IMG/VR virus record: IMGVR_UViG_3300012664_000222
Span: 1 to 27,037 of that record
Reading direction: 5' to 3' (one strand)
Source of the DNA: a virus
Lineage: Duplodnaviria > Caudoviricetes
DNA length: 27,037 nucleotides
Shown here piece after piece: positions 17,822 to 25,519 of the stretch; the first letter of the stretch is position 1; every line of letters begins with the position of its first letter. Both the position numbers and the translations under genes were made by a program. Below the pieces are notes generated by a model that ran no database searches, was not told where the DNA came from, and saw only the letters and a program-made list of their open reading frames with translations.

Positions 17822-19360
17822 CTAGTAATACGCCGCCCTGCGGCGGGTGAAGGTGCGGTCGTCTTTCTCGTCTGAGTCCAGCGAGATGAAGCCGCCTTGC
17901 CTGAATCGAAGCAGCGCTTGGGTGGCCGTGTCCACGAAGTCGTCATGCTCCCCAACAGGGAACGACGCAATTTCCTCGATCACTTCCCGGGCCCAGCGCG
18001 TGTCCGGTGCCCAGACTTTACCCGAACTGAACAAATCCGCAACAGCATTCAAGCGCACCAGCTTGTCATTTCCTCGGCTGGGGCTGAACTCCTGCACGGG
18101 AATCCCCATGTTGCGCAGCTCTTGGATCAGCGGGCCGCCGGAGGCTTTCTTCTCCACAATGAACGCGTCAGGCTCCCACTCTTTGTAGTGCTTGAGCGCT
18201 GTGGCCTTGAGGTCCGGGAACGTCATGCGGTCCTTGAACGCGTCCAACAGGATCACCTGCGGCGAGTCGTTCTCCTCCTCGTTGTAGAACACGCCCCACG
18301 TCGTGCACGCGGAATAGTCGGAGTTGTTCTTCACTTCAAAGGCCGTGTCCCAGCTCTGGATCACGTAGTCGCAGCGCGGCGGGTCCTCGCCCGGCCAGAT
18401 GCGCCACATCTTCCTGCTGACGATCGCGCTGGTCTCGGCCGTGGGCTGCTGCATGTACTGGGCGTTCCAATACTTGGGGTCCAGCGCGGCTTTTGTCGAC
18501 TTGAGGGTGGCCAGCGGCCACTGCTCGGGCCACAGCGACTTCTCGTTCTCCGTGTCTTGGTTCAGGATGGCCGGAAGCTCGACGATCTCCCATGGCTCGG
18601 CCTCGGGATTCTTGGCCTGATACGTGATCAAGCGCCCAGTCAGGTCCAAGAGCGACCACCGCGTCATGATCACTATGATCGCACCGCCCGGCATCAGTCG
18701 CTGGAGCGGGCCCGTCTGGAACCACGACCACGCAGTGTCGAAAGCCAACCGGCTGTTGGTCTTCACGTCCTGCTCAGAGTGCGGATCGTCAATTACGAAC
18801 AGGTCAGCACCACGGCCAGCAAGAGCGCCGCCCACACCAGCCGCGTAATATTGACCGCCGGAGCTTGTGGACCACTTGCCCGCAGCCTTTTGGTCGTCAG
18901 CCACCATTGTTTGGGGGAAAATCTCACGGTACTCCTCCGTGTCCAGCAAGTTACGGATGCGCCGTCCGAAGTCTTCCGACAAACCGGCCGTGTGCGTGCC
19001 CATGATGATCTTTTTCTGGGGGTACTTACCCAAAAAATAGGCCGGGAAGAGGTAGGAGCTGAACTCCGACTTGCCCATACGGGGTGCGATGTTGATGATG
19101 ACACGCTTTTTTCTCCCCTCAATCACGTCCGTGAAGATTCTGGCCAGCTTCCGGTGGTGGGGCCCGATCTTGAAGCCCGGATAGACCGACGAAGCGAAGC
19201 CCAGCATGTTGTCTTGGGCCGCCGTCAGGCGTGTGCGACGCTCCCGCGCCTCCAGATCGTCGAGCAGCTCCATCTTCTCCTTGACGGACATCGTCGGCAG
19301 TGCGCGTTCGAGCGCCTCCAACTCACGCTTGGTCAGCGACGTCAGTTTCTGAAGGTTCAT
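17822..19360 (-). CDS. terL: Terminase large subunit (512 aa)
   Basis: Walker A APRMGKS, Walker B LFVIDDP, RNase H-like nuclease motifs QSWDTA and HDDFVD. Confidence 0.93.
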   Translation of the reverse strand: MNLQKLTSLTKRELEALERALPTMSVKEKMELLDDLEARERRTRLTAAQDNMLGFASSVYPGFKIGPHHRKLARIFTDVIEGRKKRVIINIAPRMGKSEFSSYLFPAYFLGKYPQKKIIMGTHTAGLSEDFGRRIRNLLDTEEYREIFPQTMVADDQKAAGKWSTSSGGQYYAAGVGGALAGRGADLFVIDDPHSEQDVKTNSRLAFDTAWSWFQTGPLQRLMPGGAIIVIMTRWSLLDLTGRLITYQAKNPEAEPWEIVELPAILNQDTENEKSLWPEQWPLATLKSTKAALDPKYWNAQYMQQPTAETSAIVSRKMWRIWPGEDPPRCDYVIQSWDTAFEVKNNSDYSACTTWGVFYNEEENDSPQVILLDAFKDRMTFPDLKATALKHYKEWEPDAFIVEKKASGGPLIQELRNMGIPVQEFSPSRGNDKLVRLNAVADLFSSGKVWAPDTRWAREVIEEIASFPVGEHDDFVDTATQALLRFRQGGFISLDSDEKDDRTFTRRRAAYY

Positions 19361-19961
19361 CTGGAGTCAGTTTGAAGGAGGAGCCGTTCTCCGGCATGTC
19401 GTCTTGGCTGGTGGCCACGTCAATGACGTCGATCACGCCCATGAACTTGGCCAACTTGTCTTTGATGCGCTGCTCGATCTCGGCGTCGGACATCTCCGCC
19501 TGCTTGACCTCGATCTTGTCGGTGAACAGGCCCACTTCCGTGACCTTGCCCAGCAGGCCGAGCGCTTTGAGTCGGATGTTGGCGTTGGGGTTTTGCGTCT
19601 CCTCCACCAGCTTGGCCACCGTGTAGCCCCTGAGCTCCTTGGCCTGCTCGATGAACTCCCAGTCGTACGCAGTCAGCATGCCGGTGATGTGCCGCACAGC
19701 TTCCGGTGTCTTGAGCTGGACCAGCGCAGCTTTTTGCTCGGCCGTGTCCGTGTTCGTGGTGATCGCGCTGAACGCCCGGCGGGCGTCGGCCTTTTCCAAT
19801 TCGTCGATGACTTCGTCGTCAGGCGGCGCGCCCAACTCCTGCAGCCAACTGGCCGTAGCCACTTGCGCAGACAAGACTTCTCCCGGCTCGGCGTCGGCCA
19901 GCTTCGTCATCATCCCGGGCGGTGATGTCTCCGGGTCAAATTGCACCAAATGATCAAACAT
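19323..19961 (-). CDS. Putative terminase small subunit (likely start MFDHLV at 19961; frame open to GTG 20051)
   Basis: First late gene, overlaps terL; RLKALGLLGK..VGLFTDKIEV motif typical of TerS C-terminal regions; start uncertain. Confidence 0.55.
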   Translation of the reverse strand: MFDHLVQFDPETSPPGMMTKLADAEPGEVLSAQVATASWLQELGAPPDDEVIDELEKADARRAFSAITTNTDTAEQKAALVQLKTPEAVRHITGMLTAYDWEFIEQAKELRGYTVAKLVEETQNPNANIRLKALGLLGKVTEVGLFTDKIEVKQAEMSDAEIEQRIKDKLAKFMGVIDVIDVATSQDDMPENGSSFKLTPDEPSETDVADQA

Positions 19962-19984
19962 GTTTGCGTAGGAGCCAAAACGGC

Positions 19985-20013
19985 TTGTGTCCTCGTTGGG
20001 CGTAATGTACACT
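19985..20013 (+). promoter_or_regulatory. Sigma70-like promoter TTGTGT-N17-TACACT driving the candidate sRNA
   Basis: 17-nt spacer; same layout as the promoter at 11373-11401. Confidence 0.45.
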
Positions 20014-20019
20014 GCTTTT

Positions 20020-20104
20020 CGACGAACGCGCAAGCGGTTGTCATTCTCCACTGGTAAGTTGTGAAATTTGTAGCCCCCGCGCCCACAAGGCCCGGGGGTT
20101 TTTT
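20020..20104 (+). ncRNA. Candidate small RNA (~85 nt)
   Basis: Promoter, GCAA-tetraloop hairpin (20021-20042), AUUCUCCA segment, terminator; no ORF inside on this strand. Confidence 0.45.
20072..20104 (+). terminator. Rho-independent terminator
   Basis: GCCCCCG-C-GCC-CACAA-GGC-C-CGGGGGT followed by a T run. Confidence 0.65.
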
Positions 20105-20116
20105 ATGGTGGCTGGG

Positions 20117-20261
20117 TGTCCAGAGTTTGACAGAGTTTCTTGGAAAATTTTATAAAATTAGTACCTCGGTAGTATGGGTCCCGGTGGGGGGTGGGTGCTT
20201 TTGGCGGTGGGGTGTGCGGAATTTGTCAAGGTTTTTACGTATTTCTGTCCAGCTTTTTACA
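20117..20261. promoter_or_regulatory. Three 16-bp palindromic boxes TGTCMA-N4-TTKACR (20117-20132, 20224-20239, 20246-20261)
   Basis: Direct reading; fourth copy at 26935-26950. Confidence 0.55.
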
Positions 20262-20378
20262 AAATACTGGTAGCGGTTGTGGAACAGTGTTCATGTCATG
20301 TCGCACCGCCGCCTCGTATAAGGCTTGATACCCCCACGGTGGGGTCTGCCGGGGCTGAATAACCCTTGTCAACCCTAT

Positions 20379-20406
20379 TTGGAAACGTGTTGTGGTACAA
20401 TATAGT
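20379..20406 (+). promoter_or_regulatory. Early-arm promoter: extended -10 TG-G-TACAAT (20393-20401)
   Basis: TGnTACAAT about 55 nt upstream of the first rightward gene; alternative TTGGAA-N16-TATAGT. Confidence 0.5.
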
Positions 20407-20456
20407 TGTTGGTTCGGGGCACTTGACTCACGACAACACCTTTAGGAGTTAGCAAC

Positions 20457-20855
20457 ATGAACACATCTATCAACACAGTCGCTGCGCGTTACGCAGCGTT
20501 CCTCAAAGCAGGCACCAGCTACGGCGAAGCCCTCAAGTCTGCCGCTGCTGAGTTCGCGGGAACACCGTGTTCCCAACTGCTGGCCGCACTGGCCAAGGTG
20601 CATGCCGCGCACTTTAAGTGCAACGTATCGTGGAGCGCATCAGGCGCGGCGCAGTTCTTTGATGGCGCAGAGTATTCACGCGACACACGCCACGACGCTG
20701 CCCGTATGTCTTGGGCTCGCAATGTGATGGTGCACTTCAAGGACGCACAACCCACAACACGTCAGCACAAGCCAGTCGATCCAGTGGCAAAGCTGGCCAA
20801 AGCGTTCGCAGGTCTGACCACTGCGCAGAAGAAGCGTTTTCTCGCAATGCTGTGA
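20457..20855 (+). CDS. Hypothetical early protein (132 aa), first gene of the rightward arm
   Basis: TAGGAG RBS; basic C-terminus. Confidence 0.75.
   Translation: MNTSINTVAARYAAFLKAGTSYGEALKSAAAEFAGTPCSQLLAALAKVHAAHFKCNVSWSASGAAQFFDGAEYSRDTRHDAARMSWARNVMVHFKDAQPTTRQHKPVDPVAKLAKAFAGLTTAQKKRFLAML
20558..20574. repeat. 17-bp palindrome copy 1 GGGAACACCGTGTTCCC (inside CDS)
   Basis: Perfect 8-1-8 inverted repeat. Confidence 0.9.
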
Positions 20856-20912
20856 GCGCGGGGTTTCGCCGCTGTTCCGTTTACTGTCAATCGGGCGTCT
20901 TGCCCTCAATCC

Positions 20913-20941
20913 CGCCCGGCACTCGCTGGGCGTTTTCTTTT
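20913..20941 (+). terminator. Rho-independent terminator abutting the next RBS
   Basis: CGCCCGGC-ACTC-GCTGGGCG-TTTTCTTTT. Confidence 0.7.
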
Positions 20942-20953
20942 GGAGAATCAACC

Positions 20954-21145
20954 ATGTCACATCGCAACCGTTACACCATCGACATCAAGACCACAGAACG
21001 TGCCAAGCTCCGCGCCCTGCGCGAGGACTTCGTGCGGCTCTCAGAGGACAAAGCCTACAAGCGCAAGGTCATCGAAGAGGCGCGAGCACGCGACGCTGCG
21101 TGGGACACATACAAGGCGGACACCCGCCAACTGCGCCTCAAATGA
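20954..21145 (+). CDS. Small basic hypothetical protein (MSHRNRY..., 63 aa)
   Basis: GGAG RBS and ATG at 20954; C-terminal part of track ORF 20711..21145. Confidence 0.7.
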   Translation: MSHRNRYTIDIKTTERAKLRALREDFVRLSEDKAYKRKVIEEARARDAAWDTYKADTRQLRLK

Positions 21146-21155
21146 CTAGGCCAAC

Positions 21156-21180
21156 TGCTGGGAACACCGTGTTCCCAGCA
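21156..21180. repeat. 17-bp palindrome copy 2 (core 21160-21176), extended to 25 bp TGCTGGGAACAC-C-GTGTTCCCAGCA
   Basis: Perfect 12-1-12 inverted repeat. Confidence 0.9.
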
Positions 21181-21284
21181 ACACGTTGTGGAGAAACTAT
21201 GCAAAAAACGCATGTCCACCTGTCCCAGCAATTTCCGTTCAATTCGGCGCTAAAGCGTATGCCTCTAACCCGCGTGGCTGCGTG

Positions 21285-21430
21285 GTTTGTCCACTTCTTG
21301 CACACATATATATACCTTTTTAGAAAATCTATTTATATATACCCCGGTTTTTTTCTTTATATATGTGCGTTTCCGTAAACAGAGATCACCCCCTTTACAC
21401 AGAGGCTTTGGGGCTATAGTTTTTTCTGCC
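21285..21430. other. AT-rich non-coding tract with TATATATACC direct repeats and a 10-bp inverted repeat; candidate origin
   Basis: Sharp local AT enrichment in an otherwise GC-rich genome. Confidence 0.35.
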
Positions 21431-21591
21431 GACCCCGTTATCTGTGCAATGCGTGGCAGAAGCAAGCAACCGTGCGGGTTTCAAGGCACCCCCATAGAAA
21501 AAAAGACGTGACACACATAACAACATATCAGGTAAAATTGAATCCGTATCTTGTTAACACCCTGTTTTCTTACCGAAAGGATGACCAAACC

Positions 21592-22602
21592 ATGCGAAAC
21601 GAAGCCCGCGTATTCCCAGAAACTACGCGTTACCAATGGGAGGGAACGACCAAGTGGACGTTCCAACAAGCCGAGCGACACATCAAAGCTGGCCTGACCG
21701 GAGCCAAAGACACGCCACGCTGGCGCTCATTCAAACAGGTATTGGATGCGTTGTACTTGCTGGCTGACGAGCGCGGCGTCAGTGCTTTCAAAGGGGACAA
21801 GCTCAAGGACTTGCTGATCGCCGCCGCCCACGACAACAAGTGGTACAGCCGCAGTAACAGCAACCTCCCCGCAGTGAACGCACCAGATGGGCACAAGGTG
21901 TGCCGCAGATGTCACACGCCCAAACCTTTGGAGTTGTTCCGCTGTGTTGCCAGTGCAGCGCAGAAAGAGCGCAACGGGTGGAACTTGAACGCGCAATACT
22001 TCACCACCTCACTGCTGTGCGACAAGTGCCGCCCAATCAAGCAGAAAGAAGTCAAGGCGTTGGAGAACCGCAAGGCTGAGAAGAACTCACCTGTTTCGAT
22101 CATTGATCTTTACCGTAAGGGCATAACAAGATCAATCGGCGCGGTGGTGGCGGTCATGCGTGCCCACACCCACGACATCGGCGGGTACAAAGACGTGAGG
22201 TTCACCAACCCCGAGGACCGCAAGTACTACGAGACCCGGATGGAATACCTGCTGCTTGCGCGCCAACGCTTGAACGACCGAATCAACGAAGGCTCCCTGA
22301 CACGTTACGGAGAAGGCGAAACGCCCCCACGAGGCGTGTGGCACGAGCTGCTGACATCTGAGGAACGGGATTGGCTGGCCACGCGGCACAGTCAAGGGTC
22401 ATGGGCTTCGGTCGGTGCAGTGCGAGGTGGCAAGGTGCCCCGTTTGTGGGATATGCCTGAGAACGAGCGCCCGATCGTGCCGCGCAGCAAGTTCACGGTG
22501 CCTGAAGTTGAGGTGCCTGCGTCCGTCATCGTGCCTGTGCCGCCTCGACCAATCTTGCCGTCTGCCGAAGAGTGGGCGAACACCCCATGGGAGGACATGT
22601 AA
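21592..22602 (+). CDS. Hypothetical protein with CxxC...CxxC zinc-ribbon (about 336 aa; start probably ATG 21592)
   Basis: CRRC and CDKC motifs; AAAGGA upstream; Pro-rich tail. Confidence 0.7.
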   Translation: MRNEARVFPETTRYQWEGTTKWTFQQAERHIKAGLTGAKDTPRWRSFKQVLDALYLLADERGVSAFKGDKLKDLLIAAAHDNKWYSRSNSNLPAVNAPDGHKVCRRCHTPKPLELFRCVASAAQKERNGWNLNAQYFTTSLLCDKCRPIKQKEVKALENRKAEKNSPVSIIDLYRKGITRSIGAVVAVMRAHTHDIGGYKDVRFTNPEDRKYYETRMEYLLLARQRLNDRINEGSLTRYGEGETPPRGVWHELLTSEERDWLATRHSQGSWASVGAVRGGKVPRLWDMPENERPIVPRSKFTVPEVEVPASVIVPVPPRPILPSAEEWANTPWEDM

Positions 22603-22639
22603 CCCCCGAGGGAACGGTCATCTTTCTTTTCTTGCATCT

Positions 22640-22656
22640 GGGAACACCGTGTTCCC
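22640..22656. repeat. 17-bp palindrome copy 3
   Basis: GGGAACACCGTGTTCCC, intergenic. Confidence 0.9.
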
Positions 22657-22707
22657 AATCCGCTGCCAGTCGGTCACTGGCACTTTCATCACTTTGGAGT
22701 ATCAACC

Positions 22708-23181
22708 ATGACAAACAACAGCAACCCCATGCCCATCACAATGGACGACAACATAACCCCACCCAACCCGTACACACCATCCCACGCCGTGCACCACTCG
22801 CTCATCGACGCACTACTGAGCCAAGTCACCAATCACATCGACATGCTGGTCGAGACCAAGTTCAACGCCATGGTGGAGAACAGACGCGCACTGCACCTCA
22901 TGGATCAGGCGCTGGAGACCCTGATCGACCAGAAGATCGACCGCGCAGTTGAGCAAGCCATGACTGAGCACGAGGTAAACACTGACCACTACAGCAAGGA
23001 CGAAGTCGAGGGCATCGCAGCAGACCAAGCACGTGAGACGCTGAGCGAGTACGCCGAGCGCCAAGAAGGCTGGGTCACGAAGGACCAAGTGAACGACCTC
23101 ATCACCGAGCACGTGGACGAAGAGCTGGACATGATCGACTGGGATGAGAAGGTCAAGGACGTGCTGCGCGAGATGCTGTAA
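22708..23181 (+). CDS. Acidic helical hypothetical protein (157 aa)
   Basis: GGAG RBS; D/E-rich C-terminal half. Confidence 0.75.
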   Translation: MTNNSNPMPITMDDNITPPNPYTPSHAVHHSLIDALLSQVTNHIDMLVETKFNAMVENRRALHLMDQALETLIDQKIDRAVEQAMTEHEVNTDHYSKDEVEGIAADQARETLSEYAERQEGWVTKDQVNDLITEHVDEELDMIDWDEKVKDVLREML

Positions 23182-23204
23182 CAACAACCACAAGGAGAAA
23201 GCAA

Positions 23205-23420
23205 ATGAGCAAACTGGTAAAACTTCCCGGCAAGGACTTGTGGGTCAACCCCGCACACGTGGTGTACGTGGAGCAGAAGACGCCGTACGAAAGGTATGCA
23301 CAGGCAGGCATGCCTCGGGTAGAAGTGTGCACCACGATGTACGGGCGCTATCGCACAGATGACGTATTCAACACAACTGCCGAGCAAGTGTCGGCGCTCA
23401 TCAACGGAGATCAACCATGA
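23205..23420 (+). CDS. Hypothetical protein (71 aa)
   Basis: AAGGAG RBS; WVNPAHVVYVE motif. Confidence 0.7.
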   Translation: MSKLVKLPGKDLWVNPAHVVYVEQKTPYERYAQAGMPRVEVCTTMYGRYRTDDVFNTTAEQVSALINGDQP

Positions 23421-23578
23421 ACCAAGGAGCAGACGCAATGACGCGCACCATCATCAAGGCGGAAGAAATCATGCGAGAGAAGTGGCACGAGATGACATCG
23501 CACGGGCAAGAGATGGTGGTGATGGTGTACACGCTGGCTGTGCTGCGACGCATAGCAGACAAGGGGATGGAGCGATGA
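23417..23578 (+). CDS. Hypothetical protein (53 aa; MNQGADAMTRTII...), not in ORF track
   Basis: GGAG RBS, ATGA overlaps with both neighbours; hand-translated. Confidence 0.6.
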   Translation: MNQGADAMTRTIIKAEEIMREKWHEMTSHGQEMVVMVYTLAVLRRIADKGMER

Positions 23579-23844
23579 AAGAGATAACCGAGCGCCACTG
23601 GCGCATGTTCCCAGCAACCAACGCGTCGGAGCACATGCGCATCCACTACATGCACCCGAACAACAGCACGTCAGCGGGTTTCGTTGAGCAACGAGAGCGC
23701 GGCTTACCGCTAAACAAAACGGTCCGTTATTTCGTGACGTGCAACAGCTCATTAACAGGCATCACGGAGCAGCCCGTCAACACGCTGCGCGAGGGTATGG
23801 ACATCATCGAGTGGCTTGTAAGAGAAAGAGGAGAAAGCAAATGA
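23575..23844 (+). CDS. Hypothetical protein (89 aa; MKEITERHW...)
   Basis: ATGA overlap start; 3' part of track ORF 23359..23844. Confidence 0.65.
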   Translation: MKEITERHWRMFPATNASEHMRIHYMHPNNSTSAGFVEQRERGLPLNKTVRYFVTCNSSLTGITEQPVNTLREGMDIIEWLVRERGESK

Positions 23845-23966
23845 CTAAGTACACCGGGCCAGCAAAGCCTATCCCTACGCACAGAGAGATCATCAGCGAC
23901 AAGGCCGAGCTCGCCATCTTTGCGCTGTTCGCCATCTTCATGGTGGCCTTTTTAATTTTGGAGTGA
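23841..23966 (+). CDS. Small membrane peptide (41 aa; MTKYTGPAKP...AIFALFAIFMVAFLILE)
   Basis: GAGGAG RBS; single hydrophobic C-terminal helix. Confidence 0.65.
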   Translation: MTKYTGPAKPIPTHREIISDKAELAIFALFAIFMVAFLILE

Positions 23967-23969
23967 GTT

Positions 23970-24260
23970 ATGAGAAACATACCCGACGAGGCGCTGACCG
24001 CAGCGCCCATAACTGTGCCGGTCAAGATCGTGTATGCCCAAGACAACAAAGCCCTGTACGAACGGTTGCAGCAGGGATGGATCGTCATCTACACCCCTGT
24101 GGAAGAACTGCGCACCAACGCAGCCAACGTGGACGAGTCACCCGCAGTCAAGAACTTGGTCAGCTACATAGCTTCGCGCAAACTACCCCGTGTGTCCGTT
24201 CGCAGGATGAGTGAGACGCGCTGGTTCGTATCAGTGGCAGAACCAAAGGAGTTGACATGA
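23970..24260 (+). CDS. Hypothetical protein (96 aa)
   Basis: GGAG RBS; operon spacing. Confidence 0.7.
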   Translation: MRNIPDEALTAAPITVPVKIVYAQDNKALYERLQQGWIVIYTPVEELRTNAANVDESPAVKNLVSYIASRKLPRVSVRRMSETRWFVSVAEPKELT

Positions 24261-24514
24261 CAGCCGAAACGAAACCCCCAATCGCCCTCACATGGGAGGA
24301 ACGACAGGCGCTGCCCGTCATACAGAAACTACTCAAGCGCAAGCCCGAGGCGTTTGAGCTACTCATGAAGGACATGACCAAGCAAGCTGCCGTCAACGTG
24401 TTGCTGAGCGCGAAGAAAGAGATGCAAGACCTGCACCTCATGGCGCAAGCAATGGTGGCCGCTGCAGCAGTCATTGTGAAGATGGATCAACCAAAGGAGA
24501 GCAACCATGACTGA
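24257..24514 (+). CDS. Hypothetical protein (85 aa)
   Basis: AAGGAG RBS; ATGA overlap. Confidence 0.7.
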   Translation: MTAETKPPIALTWEERQALPVIQKLLKRKPEAFELLMKDMTKQAAVNVLLSAKKEMQDLHLMAQAMVAAAAVIVKMDQPKESNHD

Positions 24515-25196
24515 CATCGAAACCGAGACAGAACAGACCGAGTTCACATACGAGGAGCTCAACCCCAAGGCACAAGAGAAGGCGCTTGCGTGGTTCGGTG
24601 AATCGCTGGACTACGAATGGTGGGACTGCACGTATGCCAACGCCAAGGAAGATGGCAAGGTCAAGGGCTTCGACATCGAGGACATACGCTTCTCAGGCTT
24701 CTGGTCACAAGGCGATGGTGCATCGTGGACGGGCGAGGTAGACATCAAGCAGTTCCTTGAGCACCACTTGAAGGAAGACCACCCCGACTACAGCCGGTAC
24801 TTCGTGCTGCAAGCCATCATCAACGAGGGCAACGACTGGGTCGAGCGCCGCGTCAACGTCAGCAGGTACGGGTTTCATTACGTGCACTCGAACACCATGC
24901 GCCTCGACGGGATGGACTACGGTGGCGTGGACAACCTCGACGAGAACGACGAGGAGCGCTTGCAACAGGACGGTCCACTGCAACGCGCCGACATCTACCA
25001 ACTGTGGAAAGGCATCGACGGCGAGAGGCTACTGGCCGATCTGTGTGAGTGGATCATCGGGGAGGCACGTGCGTTCGCAGACAAAATCTACAAAGACCTT
25101 GAGGCTGAGCATGACGACCTCACCAGTGAGGAGTCATTACTATCGGCTGCGTACGCCAACGGGTGGCGCTTCGACGAGGATGGCGTCCTTGTATAA
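24507..25196 (+). CDS. Acidic protein with FSGFWSQGDGA motif (family often auto-labelled antitoxin of toxin-antitoxin stability system; function unproven)
   Basis: EL...A.EKA.AW, FSGFWSQGDGA.W.G, Y.DLE.E.D.LTS and AN...F.E.G motifs, recognised from memory. Confidence 0.65.
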   Translation: MTDIETETEQTEFTYEELNPKAQEKALAWFGESLDYEWWDCTYANAKEDGKVKGFDIEDIRFSGFWSQGDGASWTGEVDIKQFLEHHLKEDHPDYSRYFVLQAIINEGNDWVERRVNVSRYGFHYVHSNTMRLDGMDYGGVDNLDENDEERLQQDGPLQRADIYQLWKGIDGERLLADLCEWIIGEARAFADKIYKDLEAEHDDLTSEESLLSAAYANGWRFDEDGVLV

Positions 25197-25217
25197 GGAA
25201 CAGTCATCATTCTTTTC

Positions 25218-25234
25218 GGGAACAACGTGTTCCC
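25218..25234. repeat. 17-bp palindrome copy 4 GGGAACAACGTGTTCCC (one mismatch)
   Basis: Intergenic, just upstream of the next RBS. Confidence 0.85.
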
Positions 25235-25252
25235 GTTTTTAGGAGAAACAAA

Positions 25253-25498
25253 ATGAAACCAAGCGAGTGGGTCCTGTCTGCGCCGACCATCCTGACGGTG
25301 GCGGGTTTGGACTTCGTTGTGCACAACAACGGGCACCACATCATCATCGACCACGGCGGGCACAAGTACCACCTTTGGCCCAGCACAGGCACGTGGGGTG
25401 TCTCCGGCGTCAACAATTTCAAGAAGCACCCGGCATCGCGCAAGCATCCCGGCGTACGAGGGCTCGTGCGCTTTCTCAACGACATCGTCGTCATTTAA
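25253..25498 (+). CDS. Hypothetical protein (81 aa; MKPSEWVLS...HNNG.H...LWPSTGTW)
   Basis: TAGGAG RBS, ATG 25253. Confidence 0.7.
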   Translation: MKPSEWVLSAPTILTVAGLDFVVHNNGHHIIIDHGGHKYHLWPSTGTWGVSGVNNFKKHPASRKHPGVRGLVRFLNDIVVI

Positions 25499-25519
25499 CC
25501 AACCAAAGGAGTTTCAACC

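Noticed and set aside
15679-19375. Long plus-strand ORFs (516 aa, 492 aa) and similar ones at 7003, 7872, 11301, 12346 and 14680
   Set aside because: Antisense shadows of GC-rich genes; no RBS or recognisable motifs
20127-20156. TTGACA-N18-TATAAA as a rightward promoter
   Set aside because: Lacks the conserved final T, has no nearby downstream gene, and the TTGACA is explained as half of the 16-bp box
23606-23617. TGTTCCCAGCA as a sixth palindrome copy
   Set aside because: Half-site only, inside a CDS, with no matching left arm
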